A stretch of DNA of 40,000 nt, from contig NZ_JAHTBK010000001.1 of assembly GCF_020177575.1 (NCBI RefSeq), forward strand, positions 1,259,875-1,299,874, read 5' to 3'. The stretch comes from Hasllibacter sp. MH4015 (lineage in GTDB: Bacteria > Pseudomonadota > Alphaproteobacteria > Rhodobacterales > Rhodobacteraceae). The notes below the pieces were generated by a model that saw only the letters and a list, made by a program, of their open reading frames with translations, made no database searches and was not told where the DNA came from. Positions 17,826 through 26,981 of this stretch are shown in pieces. Every line of letters starts with the position of its first letter. The stretch's first letter is position 1. The translations under genes were made by a program, and so were the position numbers.

Positions 17826-18647
17826 TCATCGTGTCGTTTCCGCAATCACGTCGTGGGCGCAGCGTGTCGTCAGGACGTCCATGACCTCGGCCACGACGAA
17901 GGCTGCGATCACCTCTGGCCGTTTGTCAGGGCTGCCGGTGGCACCGATGGGACACACCAATCCGCGCGTGTCGGACCGGGCTTCTGAGGCTCTGTGATAC
18001 CGTTCGAACTTCGCGCGCTTGGTGGCGGAGCCGATTAGGCCGACATAAGCCGCATCGCCGCGCTCCAACGCCTCGGACGTGAGCAGGAAATCAAGGGCAT
18101 GGTCGTGGGTGAGAACGATAAAGGCGCTGCCCTTGGGTGCGCGCCGGATGTCGGCCTCGGCCATGGCGGACAGCCGGGCTTCGACCGCCGCGTCGACCAG
18201 GGCCAGTTCGTCGCCCCTGCTGTCGATGATGCTGCACCGGACGGGCAGATGTTGAAACTGGCGCGCCAATGCGCGGCCCACATGGCCCGCCCCGAGGATA
18301 TAGACGCAGGGGCTCTGCCGATCCGACGCTTCGCGCTCGGCAAGAGCTGTCGCGCGATCTGCGCTGGTCATGCGTTGCAGGCTTATCTCGACACGCCCGC
18401 CGCAGCATTGGCCGATTTCAGAGCCCAAAGGCACGTCCATCTTGTCTGAGTGTAGACCTGACCGGAGCATGGCGCGGGCGTGATCGGTGGCCATGTATTC
18501 CAACTGGCCGCCGCCAATCGTGCCGATCGTGCCGTCCGCGGAGACGAACATCTGCGCTCCGGCCTCGCGCGGGGACGAACCGCGGACACGAATCAGGCGC
18601 ACCTGGACGATCCGTTTATCCGCTGCAAGGAATGAGGCAAGCGACAT
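17826..18647 (-). CDS. xdhC: Xanthine dehydrogenase accessory protein XdhC
   Basis: VRGSSPREAGAQMFV...GTIGGGQLE N-terminal XdhC/CoxI motif and the Rossmann-like ILGAGHVGRALA. Trimmed from 18971 to the ATG at 18647, 5 nt after the xdhB stop. Confidence 0.87.
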   Translation of the reverse strand: MSLASFLAADKRIVQVRLIRVRGSSPREAGAQMFVSADGTIGTIGGGQLEYMATDHARAMLRSGLHSDKMDVPLGSEIGQCCGGRVEISLQRMTSADRATALAEREASDRQSPCVYILGAGHVGRALARQFQHLPVRCSIIDSRGDELALVDAAVEARLSAMAEADIRRAPKGSAFIVLTHDHALDFLLTSEALERGDAAYVGLIGSATKRAKFERYHRASEARSDTRGLVCPIGATGSPDKRPEVIAAFVVAEVMDVLTTRCAHDVIAETTR

Positions 18648-18652
18648 CGGAC

Positions 18653-21061
18653 CTAACCCCGCAGCCGTTCGATCGCCATCAGGACACGTTCCGGCGTGGC
18701 CGGCGCATCCAGGCGGGGGCATTCGCGATAATCCGCAACGCTGGCCACGGCGTGGGACAGTGCTTCGAATACCGAAATCCCGAGCATGAAGGGCGGCTCT
18801 CCCACGGCCTTGGACCGCTTGATCGTCCGCTCCTTGTTCTCCGACCATGTTGCAAGCTTCACGTTGAAGCTGCGCGGGCGGTCGGATGCCAGGGGGATCT
18901 TGTAGGTTGAGGGCGCGTGGGTGCGCAGCTGGCCCTTGGCGTCCCACCACAATTCCTCGGTGGTGAGCCACCCCATGCCTTGAATGAACGCGCCCTCGAT
19001 CTGCCCGATGTCCAGGATCGGGTTCAGGGAATTGCCCACATCGTGCAGAATATCCGTCCGCTCCACCCGGTATTCTCCGGTCAGCGTATCGACGGACACT
19101 TCCGAGCAGGCGGCGCCGTAGGCGTAGTAGTAGAACGGGCGTCCTTGTCCCGTCTCGCGGTTCCAGTGGATCTTCGGGGTCTTGTAAAAGCCCGCCGCAG
19201 ACAAGTGCACGCGCGCCATGTAGGCCTGCTTGATGAAATCCGGGAAGGAGAGGATTTCACCGCCAACCTGGACCGCATTGGGCAAGAATTTCACATTGCC
19301 TGCGTCAACATTCCAATGGTCCGCGGCGAAGGCCACCAACCGTTCCTTGATCTGACGCGCCGCATCCTCGGCGGCCATCCCGTTGAGGTCCGATCCGGAC
19401 GATGCCGCCGTGGCCGGCGTGTTGGGCACTTTTTCAGTCGTGGTCTTGGTGATCTTGACCGTATCGAAATCGACCTGCAGCGCATCGGCCACGACCTGCG
19501 CGATCTTGGTGTTCAGACCTTGGCCCATCTCCGTGCCGCCGTGGTTCAGATGGATCGACCCGTCTGAATAGATGTGCAGAAGTGCGCCGGCCTGATTGTA
19601 CCAGGTCGCGGTGAAGGAAATGCCGAATTTGACCGGCGTCAGCGCGATGCCCTTGCGGATCGTGCCGCCCCGCTCAGCCGCGCGCGCGTTCCAATCCAGC
19701 ACGGCCTGTCGGCGTGCCTGGTAGTCGGAACTCTCTTCCAGCTCCTCACAGATGCGCGGGGCAATGTTGTCCTCGACCGTTTGATGATAGGGCGTCACGT
19801 CCCGCCCGCGCTCGCCATAGAAATTGCGCTTGCGTATCTCCAGGCTGTCGAAGCCGCGGTGATACGCAATCTCTTCCATGATCCGCTCCGCCACGATCAC
19901 GCCCTGCGGTCCGCCAAAGCCGCGAAATGCCGTGTTGGACACGGTGTTCGTCTTCATCGGGTGGGAGTTCAGAAGGACGTTGGGATAGTAATAGGCGTTG
20001 TCGGCATGGAACAACGCGCGGTCGGTGACGGGGCCGGAAAGGTCGGAGGAAAAGCCGCAACGGGCGGCAAATTCGCCCGTCACCGCCTCGATCATGCCGT
20101 CGTCGTCAAACCCAACCTCGTAGTCGATCACGAAGTCATGGCGCTTACCGGTGGCCGACATGTCGTCATCGCGATCGGGACGGATCTTCACGGCGCGGTT
20201 CCACCTCTTCGCTGCAATCGCGGCGACCGAGCAGAACAGGTTCATCTGGGTTTCCTTGCCGCCGAACCCGCCACCCATGCGGCGCACGTTGATTACGACG
20301 GCGTTGGACGGCACGCCAAGCGCATGGGCCACCATGTGCTGTGCCTCGGACGGATGCTGGGTGGAGGAATGCACGACCACGTCGTCATCTTCGCCCGGGA
20401 TGGCAAAGGCGATGTGGCCCTCCAAATACATGTGATCCTGCCCGCCGACATGCATCCTGCCCTTGAGGCGGTGCGTTGCGGTCTCCATCGCGGCGCTTGC
20501 CTCCCCTCGCTTGAGGGTCAAGGGCGGCGTGACGTACCCCGTCTCGGCGGCCTGCGCGGCTATCGGGTCCAGCACGTGGGGCAAGTCCTGATAGTCGATC
20601 TGGGCAAGCGTCGCGGCCCGGCGTGCCGCATCTCGGGTCTCGGCCACGACGGCGAAGATCGGCTGGCCCCAGAATTCGACCTTTTCCGTTGCAAAGATCG
20701 GCTCATCATCGCGCCCGGTGGGGGAGACGTCGTTAACGCCGGGTATATCATCCGCGGTCAGCACGCCGATGACGCCGGGGGCGGCACGGACGGCGTCCAG
20801 GTCAACACGGGACAGATTGGCATGGGCGCGGGTGGAGAGGCCCAAATAGGCGTGAAGCGTCCCGGCAGGCTCCGCGATATCGTCGCAATAATCGGCGCGG
20901 CCCGTGACGTGCTTGACGGCACTGTCGTGCTGGAGGTCGGCGTTGACCGGTCCCTTGATCCGGTCCCGGGTCGGATCGGTCTTCACCTGCTGCTGCGGGA
21001 TCGGCGGATCCATCCGCTTTTCGGTCCGGGTCCGGGTTTTTATCGTGCTGTTGTCGGTCAT
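18653..21061 (-). CDS. xdhB: Xanthine dehydrogenase, molybdopterin-binding subunit
   Basis: 802 aa with aldehyde-oxidase/xanthine-dehydrogenase hammerhead and MoCo-binding domain patterns (GGGFGGKE, FRGFGGPQG, GQGLNTK). Confidence 0.95.
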   Translation of the reverse strand: MTDNSTIKTRTRTEKRMDPPIPQQQVKTDPTRDRIKGPVNADLQHDSAVKHVTGRADYCDDIAEPAGTLHAYLGLSTRAHANLSRVDLDAVRAAPGVIGVLTADDIPGVNDVSPTGRDDEPIFATEKVEFWGQPIFAVVAETRDAARRAATLAQIDYQDLPHVLDPIAAQAAETGYVTPPLTLKRGEASAAMETATHRLKGRMHVGGQDHMYLEGHIAFAIPGEDDDVVVHSSTQHPSEAQHMVAHALGVPSNAVVINVRRMGGGFGGKETQMNLFCSVAAIAAKRWNRAVKIRPDRDDDMSATGKRHDFVIDYEVGFDDDGMIEAVTGEFAARCGFSSDLSGPVTDRALFHADNAYYYPNVLLNSHPMKTNTVSNTAFRGFGGPQGVIVAERIMEEIAYHRGFDSLEIRKRNFYGERGRDVTPYHQTVEDNIAPRICEELEESSDYQARRQAVLDWNARAAERGGTIRKGIALTPVKFGISFTATWYNQAGALLHIYSDGSIHLNHGGTEMGQGLNTKIAQVVADALQVDFDTVKITKTTTEKVPNTPATAASSGSDLNGMAAEDAARQIKERLVAFAADHWNVDAGNVKFLPNAVQVGGEILSFPDFIKQAYMARVHLSAAGFYKTPKIHWNRETGQGRPFYYYAYGAACSEVSVDTLTGEYRVERTDILHDVGNSLNPILDIGQIEGAFIQGMGWLTTEELWWDAKGQLRTHAPSTYKIPLASDRPRSFNVKLATWSENKERTIKRSKAVGEPPFMLGISVFEALSHAVASVADYRECPRLDAPATPERVLMAIERLRG

Positions 21062-21076
21062 GTCATGTCCCCCCGC

Positions 21077-22531
21077 CTACGCGCTCAATTGTGCAAGGGC
21101 GCGATCGCCCTGCTGATCCAGCCAGAACTTGCGAAACAGGTTCTTGGATACGGTCAGGCGATATTCGGATGACGCGCGCCAATCCGTCAGGGGGGTGAAA
21201 TCTTCCCCCAATCTATCGGCGGCGCGCAACAGCGTGGCCTCGCTCCACGGTTTTCCGACGATCGCGGCCTCGGCATGGGTCGCGCGCTTCGGTGTGGCGG
21301 CCATCCCGCCGAACGCGATGCGGGCGGCGGTTATCTGGCCGCTGGTAACGGTGACATTGAAGGCCGCGCAGACAGACGAGATATCCTCATCCCGGCGTTT
21401 CGAGATCTTGTAGGCGGCGTGCCGGGCGTCCGGCCGCGGTTTGGGCACGCTGATCGCTTCCAGGAAGTCCGAAGGTTCCCGATCCTGCTTGCCGTATTCG
21501 ATGAAGAAATCCTCGATCGGCATGGACCGGCGCGTCTTGCCTTTGCGCAGGGTGATCGTTGCACCAAGCGCGATCAGCGCCGGCGGAGTGTCCCCGATGG
21601 GGGAGCCATTTGCGACGTTTCCGCCGATCGTGCCCATGGAGCGGATTTGCCACCCGGCGATCCGGTCCCAAAATGCACCGAGATGCGGATAAAGCCCCAA
21701 AAGCGCATCGCGCGCGCCCTCATAGCTGACGCCCGCGCCAAGGCGAATGGCGTCATCCGTTGTCGTGACCTCCCGCAACTCGTCGAGATGGCCGATGAAC
21801 ACGACCGGAGAGATATCGCGCAGGAATTTCGTGACCCACAGCCCGACATCCGTGGCGCCCGCCACGATGGTCGCATCCGGACAGTCCATCAACGCATCCG
21901 CCAGATCATCGACGCTTGCCGGCAGAACGCAGCGGCTATTGCCCCTTGCAACCTCGACCCTCTGACCGTCCGCAAGCTCCGTCAGCTTCGCCGTCATCGC
22001 AGACCGTTCCCGCGTCAATGCGTCCTGGGCGGGGGAGCCGTGGCTCGTGATTGCTTTCGCCGCCTTGATGATTGGCTGATATCCCGTGCAGCGGCACAGA
22101 TTTCCCTGAAGCGCCGTTTCAATCTCGACCTCCGACGGATCGGGCGTCTTCATCCACAGGGCGTAAAGCGACATAACGAAGCCGGGGGTGCAAAAGCCGC
22201 ACTGACTTCCGTGATGCTCGACCATCGCCTGCTGAACCGGGTGCAATTTGCCGTGCGGGCCGGATAGGTATTCGATCGACACGACGTGGCAGGCATCAAG
22301 CGACGCAGTCAGGCGGATGCACGCATTGACAGGTTCATATTGCAAAACCCCGTTCTGCAACCGGCCCACGAGAACCGTGCAGGCACCGCAATCGCCTTCG
22401 GCACAACCTTCCTTGGTTCCCGTCAGGCGACGGTCAATGCGCAGGAAATCGAGTAAGGTGTCACTTGCGCCGACATGTTCCAGACTGACCTCGCGGTCGT
22501 TCAAAATGAACCGAATGTTGGATCTGGTCAT
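21077..22531 (-). CDS. xdhA: Xanthine dehydrogenase, [2Fe-2S]/FAD-binding subunit
   Basis: CAEGDCGACTV and CRCTGY iron-sulfur motifs followed by an FAD-binding domain. Trimmed from 22654 to the ATG at 22531, which has a GGAGGGAG ribosome-binding site. Confidence 0.95.
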   Translation of the reverse strand: MTRSNIRFILNDREVSLEHVGASDTLLDFLRIDRRLTGTKEGCAEGDCGACTVLVGRLQNGVLQYEPVNACIRLTASLDACHVVSIEYLSGPHGKLHPVQQAMVEHHGSQCGFCTPGFVMSLYALWMKTPDPSEVEIETALQGNLCRCTGYQPIIKAAKAITSHGSPAQDALTRERSAMTAKLTELADGQRVEVARGNSRCVLPASVDDLADALMDCPDATIVAGATDVGLWVTKFLRDISPVVFIGHLDELREVTTTDDAIRLGAGVSYEGARDALLGLYPHLGAFWDRIAGWQIRSMGTIGGNVANGSPIGDTPPALIALGATITLRKGKTRRSMPIEDFFIEYGKQDREPSDFLEAISVPKPRPDARHAAYKISKRRDEDISSVCAAFNVTVTSGQITAARIAFGGMAATPKRATHAEAAIVGKPWSEATLLRAADRLGEDFTPLTDWRASSEYRLTVSKNLFRKFWLDQQGDRALAQLSA

Positions 22532-22617
22532 TGCGTGCTCCCTCCCTTGCCCTGGGGTCGAGTGCTTTATGAGGGAGGAAGATTGTTTCAAAAAGACAGG
22601 CAGTCGGGCATAGTATT

Positions 22618-22632
22618 TCAACGTTTTGTTGA
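22618..22632. promoter_or_regulatory. Inverted repeat TCAAC-gtttt-GTTGA in the xdhA/LysR divergent region; candidate LysR-type site
   Basis: A perfect 5-5-5 dyad read from the sequence, 17 nt upstream of the proposed TTG start of the LysR gene. Confidence 0.3.
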
Positions 22633-22648
22633 GAATGGGGGTAAGCCC

Positions 22649-23554
22649 TTGCAATATATCGAAAGCCTCAAGGTGTTTTTACGAGTGGTGGAGCTCGGCA
22701 GCATCACGGCGGGTGGACGCGATCTGCGTCTGACGCCCGCAGTGGCGAGCAAACGGATCAAGGAGCTTGAGCGGCATCTGGATGTCCGGCTGTTCAACCG
22801 CACCACCCGACAGCTTTCGCCCACAGAAGCGGGGCTGGCATTCTACGAAAAGGCAGGCGAGGTGGTCCGGTCGTTGCAGGACGCGGAGGCGGCGGTATCC
22901 GGCTATTCCACCAACCCGCGCGGCACGGTCCGGGTGACGGCGCCCTTGGGCGTGGGCAAACGCCTTATCGCGCCCCTGATCCCGGACTTCGTTGACCTCT
23001 ACCCGGACATCTCAATCCGTCTCAGGCTGTCCGATCGAAAGGTCAGCCTGCTGGAAGACGGCCTGGACCTTGCGGTGTTTGTCGGGCGTCCGCCGGACTC
23101 CAATCTGAAGCTGAGAAAAATCGTGGACACTCCGCGCGTGCTGTGCGCGTCACCGGAATATTTGTCCCGCGCCGGAACGCCAAAATCGCCGGACGACCTC
23201 AAACACCACAATTGCCTGCTGCTCCGCTATCCCAGATCTCCGGAATGGTTCTGGACGCTGGAAGTGGAGGGCGTGCCTACGCGCATCGACGTCTCGGGCA
23301 AATATGATTCCGACGATGGTGACGTTTTGACCGAATGGGCCTTGGCCGGACGGGGGATTGCCAACAAGCCACGTATTGATGTTGAAGCGCATCTGGCCGC
23401 CGGGAAGCTTACGGAGGTCTTGCCAGACACACCGCCCGAACCGGCCCTCTTCGGTTGCCTTTATCCGCACCGGCGGTTGCAGGACAGCAAGGTCCGGTTG
23501 ATGACAGATTTCCTGGTGGATGGGTGCCGAAAGCGACTTGCCGCGGGAGCGTGA
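22649..23554 (+). CDS. LysR-family transcriptional regulator, divergent from xdhA
   Basis: LQYIESLKVFLRVVELGSITAGGRDLRLTPAVASKRIKELERHLDVRLFNRTTR is a canonical LysR HTH. There is no ATG near the N-terminus, so I propose the in-frame TTG at 22649 (301 aa). The start is uncertain. Confidence 0.85.
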   Translation: MQYIESLKVFLRVVELGSITAGGRDLRLTPAVASKRIKELERHLDVRLFNRTTRQLSPTEAGLAFYEKAGEVVRSLQDAEAAVSGYSTNPRGTVRVTAPLGVGKRLIAPLIPDFVDLYPDISIRLRLSDRKVSLLEDGLDLAVFVGRPPDSNLKLRKIVDTPRVLCASPEYLSRAGTPKSPDDLKHHNCLLLRYPRSPEWFWTLEVEGVPTRIDVSGKYDSDDGDVLTEWALAGRGIANKPRIDVEAHLAAGKLTEVLPDTPPEPALFGCLYPHRRLQDSKVRLMTDFLVDGCRKRLAAGA

Positions 23555-23784
23555 AGCCGGGTCTTTTGGTGCGGTAGGGCAACGGGTTCCATAAAGGGAC
23601 GGTAATCCAGACGGGGGCGCGATCACCGCGAACTTGTAAGCCCCGCTGACAGCTTTCCCGACGTCCGTAGGCGTCAAGACCAATGGACATGTCCTTTTGT
23701 CAGTCATGGCGAACACCGGCAGATCAAGGTACGAACGTCGCATGTATCAGTGCGTAATTAGTGGCGAGTATTCCGCTGCCGAAA

Positions 23785-23819
23785 CCGACCACTTCTACAA
23801 ACAGGAGTGGTCGGCTTTT
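23785..23819 (+). terminator. Hairpin CCGACCACT-(12 nt)-AGTGGTCGG followed by CTTTTG; terminator-like, no obvious gene attached
   Basis: A 9-bp perfect stem read from the sequence. It lies in a 590-bp stretch with no convincing gene. Confidence 0.3.
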
Positions 23820-24144
23820 GTCGGCGAGGTTGATCGGATGACCGGCGGAAGCCCGGTTGCACGACAGCTGTTCCTCGATGCCCGAGAGAAGCATTTGGCG
23901 GCAGAGACGTCAGTGCGCCCGGCTCAGTGCGCAACACACGACGGCACGTTTTTAGCCAATCCGGATCGTTGTAGCTAAAGAGTCTGCACACAGCGCTTCG
24001 CGCAATTTCTGCCAATGGAATCTGAGCGGAGGGGGCGCTTGTCGACTATCGAGGCAGCATTGCTTTGCGACGACCTAAATCTCAATCTGGCCACTCGACT
24101 CGACCCATCCGTCGCGCGCCGCCATGCTCGCCAAGCGGCCATCT

Positions 24145-25050
24145 TCACATCGGTTGCGTCGTGTTGCGGACGAGGTTCGACATCCAATCGACCAAGACCC
24201 TCACCCGTGGCGTCAGGTTGTTCCGATGCGCATAGACGATGGCTATCGGCACGGTTCCGGTGGGATGGTCGGTCAGCACTTCGACAAGTTTGCCCGCCGT
24301 CAATTCATCTTGAATGTCGAAGGTAGGGATCTGCGCCAGCCCCAAGCCCGCGACGCAGGCGCCAATGTACGTATCGGCGTTCGTCGTCGTTATGGATTGC
24401 GCAATTCTGAGCTGTCGCGGCGCACCGTCCCCCGGTCCGCGGAACGACCATAGCTGCCTCGTGAATGGCGAGACGTAGCCGATGGCCCGGTGCTGATCCA
24501 GATCATCGAGCGTTTCCGGCGTGCCATGGCGCTCAAGATAACCCGGGCTTGCGCAGATGATCATGCGCGCATCGACCAGATGGCGGGCGATGAATTCGGA
24601 ATCTCCCTTGTCCCCGACCCGCAGCACGAAATCCAAGCCCTGTTTCAACAGATCTTCCTGACGATTGGAGACGTGCAGTTCCAACTCGATATCCGGGTAT
24701 TCTTCGAAGAATGCAGGCAAAGCGGGAACGATCACTCGGCGGCCCATGCGGCTTGGGACGCTTGCACGGATCCGCCCACCGATCCGGGCGTTGCTTTCGC
24801 CGAACATCGCATGCGCTTCGTCAAACACGGCGAGGACGTCGCGACTGCGCTCCAGAAAGGCCTGCCCTTCCGGGGTCAGCGCCACATTGCGAGTCGTTCG
24901 ATCAAGCAGGCGGGCGCCGACCTCCTCCTCAAGATCCTTGATCGCCTTGGTGATGGAAGAGCGTGCGAGTCCAGACGCCGCGGCGGAGCGGCTGAAATTC
25001 AAGGTCTCGGCCACGAGCTTGAAAATATGCAGTCTGGTTATGCGATCCAT
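24145..25050 (-). CDS. LysR-family transcriptional regulator
   Basis: MDRITRLHIFKLVAETLNFSRSAAASGLARSSITKAIKDLEEEVGARLLDRTTR HTH plus a LysR substrate-binding domain. 301 aa. Confidence 0.9.
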   Translation of the reverse strand: MDRITRLHIFKLVAETLNFSRSAAASGLARSSITKAIKDLEEEVGARLLDRTTRNVALTPEGQAFLERSRDVLAVFDEAHAMFGESNARIGGRIRASVPSRMGRRVIVPALPAFFEEYPDIELELHVSNRQEDLLKQGLDFVLRVGDKGDSEFIARHLVDARMIICASPGYLERHGTPETLDDLDQHRAIGYVSPFTRQLWSFRGPGDGAPRQLRIAQSITTTNADTYIGACVAGLGLAQIPTFDIQDELTAGKLVEVLTDHPTGTVPIAIVYAHRNNLTPRVRVLVDWMSNLVRNTTQPM

Positions 25051-25267
25051 GGTGCGACTGTTCGGGTATCCTGGCAGGAGAATTCGACGTCAGCACCAGT
25101 AGGGTAGGCTTTCGGGGCTATGCACGAAAGGGCGAGTTTCTATTCTTTGAGAGGGCGCGGATGGCAAACACCTCTTGGTGTGTCCCGATCCAGGAATTTC
25201 GCCCGCAACATTTGGGTAGATTTGTCGAACGCGAACGATGGCGTCAAATAGCAAGGAGTTGCATCCG

Positions 25268-26152
25268 ATGGTCAAGAAAGCTGGTAGCATGAGGCCTCGG
25301 ACGTGCATCCAATCCGGTCAAGGCACGCGGTTTTGTGCTCGGGTCGTCCAGTTGGCCTTGGCGTTGAGTTTGATCGCGGGCCCCGGGGCGGCGCAGGAAG
25401 AGGGGCAGGCCCGGGTGACGCTCGCGTTCTCAGAGATGTCGGCGGCGCTTCTCACCTCGCGGTCCGAAGAGATCCTGCTTTCCCTTGCCTACTTCGTCGC
25501 GCCATCCCCACAAGGCCAAGCGCAGGCCGATGAGAGCGGGATGATCCCACTGGGATATGACAGATTGCAGGTGCCCGCGCAGACGGGCGTTGTGACCTTG
25601 CCGCAAGACGGCCTTGCCGCGATTGATCCGGCGCTGACTTTGGGGCCGGTCCTTGTCAACGCGAATGTCGGATCAGCGCGCGTAAGCGACGAGGATAACC
25701 TGCTGGACTGCGATTTCTTCGAAGGTGCGCTTCAGACGTTGCGCGCGCACACAATTACGCTTCATTGCACGCTCATTGCGGAAGAGGAGGCCATCGGCGA
25801 TCTTTCCGGTTCCGAACTGGTCGGCCACGATTGGGTCGTTGAAGATGTCGCCGGGCGCGGGGTACCCGACGACGTCCGGTCCAGCCTGCGGTTCGACGGC
25901 GAGGGGCGTATGACGGGCGAGGCGGGCTGCAACCGCATCTTCGGAAGCTACACGCTCGATGGGTCTGCCCTGTCCGTCGGTGCGATTGGGATGACGCGAA
26001 TGCTCTGCCCCGAACCGGTGATGGAGCATGAGGCGCGCTTCACGGCGATCCTGGAAAGCGTCAGCACCTTCCGCATTGACGAAACCGGCGCGTTGATCCT
26101 GGAGGCGGACGCGGCGACCTTCATTGTCGCACGCCAAGCGACGGCAGAGTGA
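25268..26152 (+). CDS. Secreted META-domain (HslJ-like) protein
   Basis: C-terminal META pattern DWVVEDVAG...LRFDGEGRMTGEAGCNRIFGSYTLDG...MTRMLCPEPVMEHEARF. Hydrophobic signal-like segment VVQLALALSLIAGPGAAQ. The start at 25268 is chosen for the AAGGAG 8 nt upstream (the track ORF starts at 25238). Confidence 0.8.
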   Translation: MVKKAGSMRPRTCIQSGQGTRFCARVVQLALALSLIAGPGAAQEEGQARVTLAFSEMSAALLTSRSEEILLSLAYFVAPSPQGQAQADESGMIPLGYDRLQVPAQTGVVTLPQDGLAAIDPALTLGPVLVNANVGSARVSDEDNLLDCDFFEGALQTLRAHTITLHCTLIAEEEAIGDLSGSELVGHDWVVEDVAGRGVPDDVRSSLRFDGEGRMTGEAGCNRIFGSYTLDGSALSVGAIGMTRMLCPEPVMEHEARFTAILESVSTFRIDETGALILEADAATFIVARQATAE

Positions 26153-26175
26153 TCGAACATCGCTGACCGTGGGTG

Positions 26176-26199
26176 TGGCCCGCCTGTTTTAGCGGGCCA
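26176..26199. terminator. Hairpin TGGCCCGC-(8 nt)-GCGGGCCA between convergent genes
   Basis: An 8-bp GC-rich stem 24 nt after the META gene stop and 10 nt before the lipoprotein gene stop. Only a weak U-rich tail (GTGTTGGTGT). Confidence 0.45.
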
Positions 26200-26208
26200 G
26201 TGTTGGTG

Positions 26209-26454
26209 TCAGTAGCCGCGCGGCGAATTGCGGCAATCTTCATACATGCGCCCGTCGGAGCACGTTACGAGGTTCGCCGTGTTGGGATCGGCCCCCGTGG
26301 CTCCTCTGAATGTGCCTTCGGCCTGTGCGTCGGGATTGTCGATCCGCATGCCCGTCGATCTCTCGAACGATCCGATATTCGGATCCGGGCCCTCATCGAC
26401 ACAGGCCGCAAGCGACAGGGCCATCAGGCCCATGGCTATCGTGGAAAACTTCAT
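26209..26454 (-). CDS. Small lipoprotein (81 aa)
   Basis: MKFSTIAMGLMALSLAAC is a signal peptide with an L-A-A-C lipobox. Trimmed from 26514 to the ATG at 26454. Confidence 0.6.
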   Translation of the reverse strand: MKFSTIAMGLMALSLAACVDEGPDPNIGSFERSTGMRIDNPDAQAEGTFRGATGADPNTANLVTCSDGRMYEDCRNSPRGY

Positions 26455-26981
26455 GGCATGTTCCTGTCTTTGTGGTGAATGAGGCAGTGACGCCACCGTG
26501 GTGGACCGCGACATGCATTGGGGTCAACGCCAACCGATGCCGCCCGCATCGGCTGCACCGTTCGCGCTGAGCGAACGAAGTGGGCCGCGGGTTTTAGCGT
26601 GATCAAACCGATGTTGTTGACGCCGAAACTTGAGTGGACGTGGAGTGGCGAAATTCCTGATTGTTCGGAGCCGCCGTCAGAGGAAGTCGCAAAGGAAGAC
26701 CGCGACGGCTCTCGCGGGCCGTTCGTTCACCGCCACGTCGATCTATGCGCTCCCTTGGCACATATGGCTCCGCACCGTAGGTTCATATTGTTCGAGTCCA
26801 GCGGCAGGTGTTGTCGACGTTTTCCGGGCAATTCCGCTCGATCGTCGACGATGGCGTAGCCATACTTATCTCAATCGGAAGCCGCGTCATTTGCGTCGCG
26901 ATCTGTTCGCTTGCGTAAAGTGAACGCAACGCGAGTTCTTCGAAATCATCAATTACATTCAGCTTTGTAAGCGCTGAGGAT

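Noticed and set aside
19574-21172. 532-aa plus-strand ORF (and 21275-22267, 330 aa)
   Set aside because: Antisense to xdhB and xdhA, whose identity is unambiguous. The composition is Arg/Gly/His-rich junk.
23697-23978. 93-aa plus-strand ORF as a gene
   Set aside because: It has no ribosome-binding site and no recognisable motif, and a terminator-like hairpin lies inside it. It is left unannotated, but the region is flagged as a finding.
26790-26799. GTTCGAGTCC T-loop-like motif in the intergenic region
   Set aside because: Position 52 is T rather than G, no complementary stem follows, and I could not fold a cloverleaf from the surrounding sequence.
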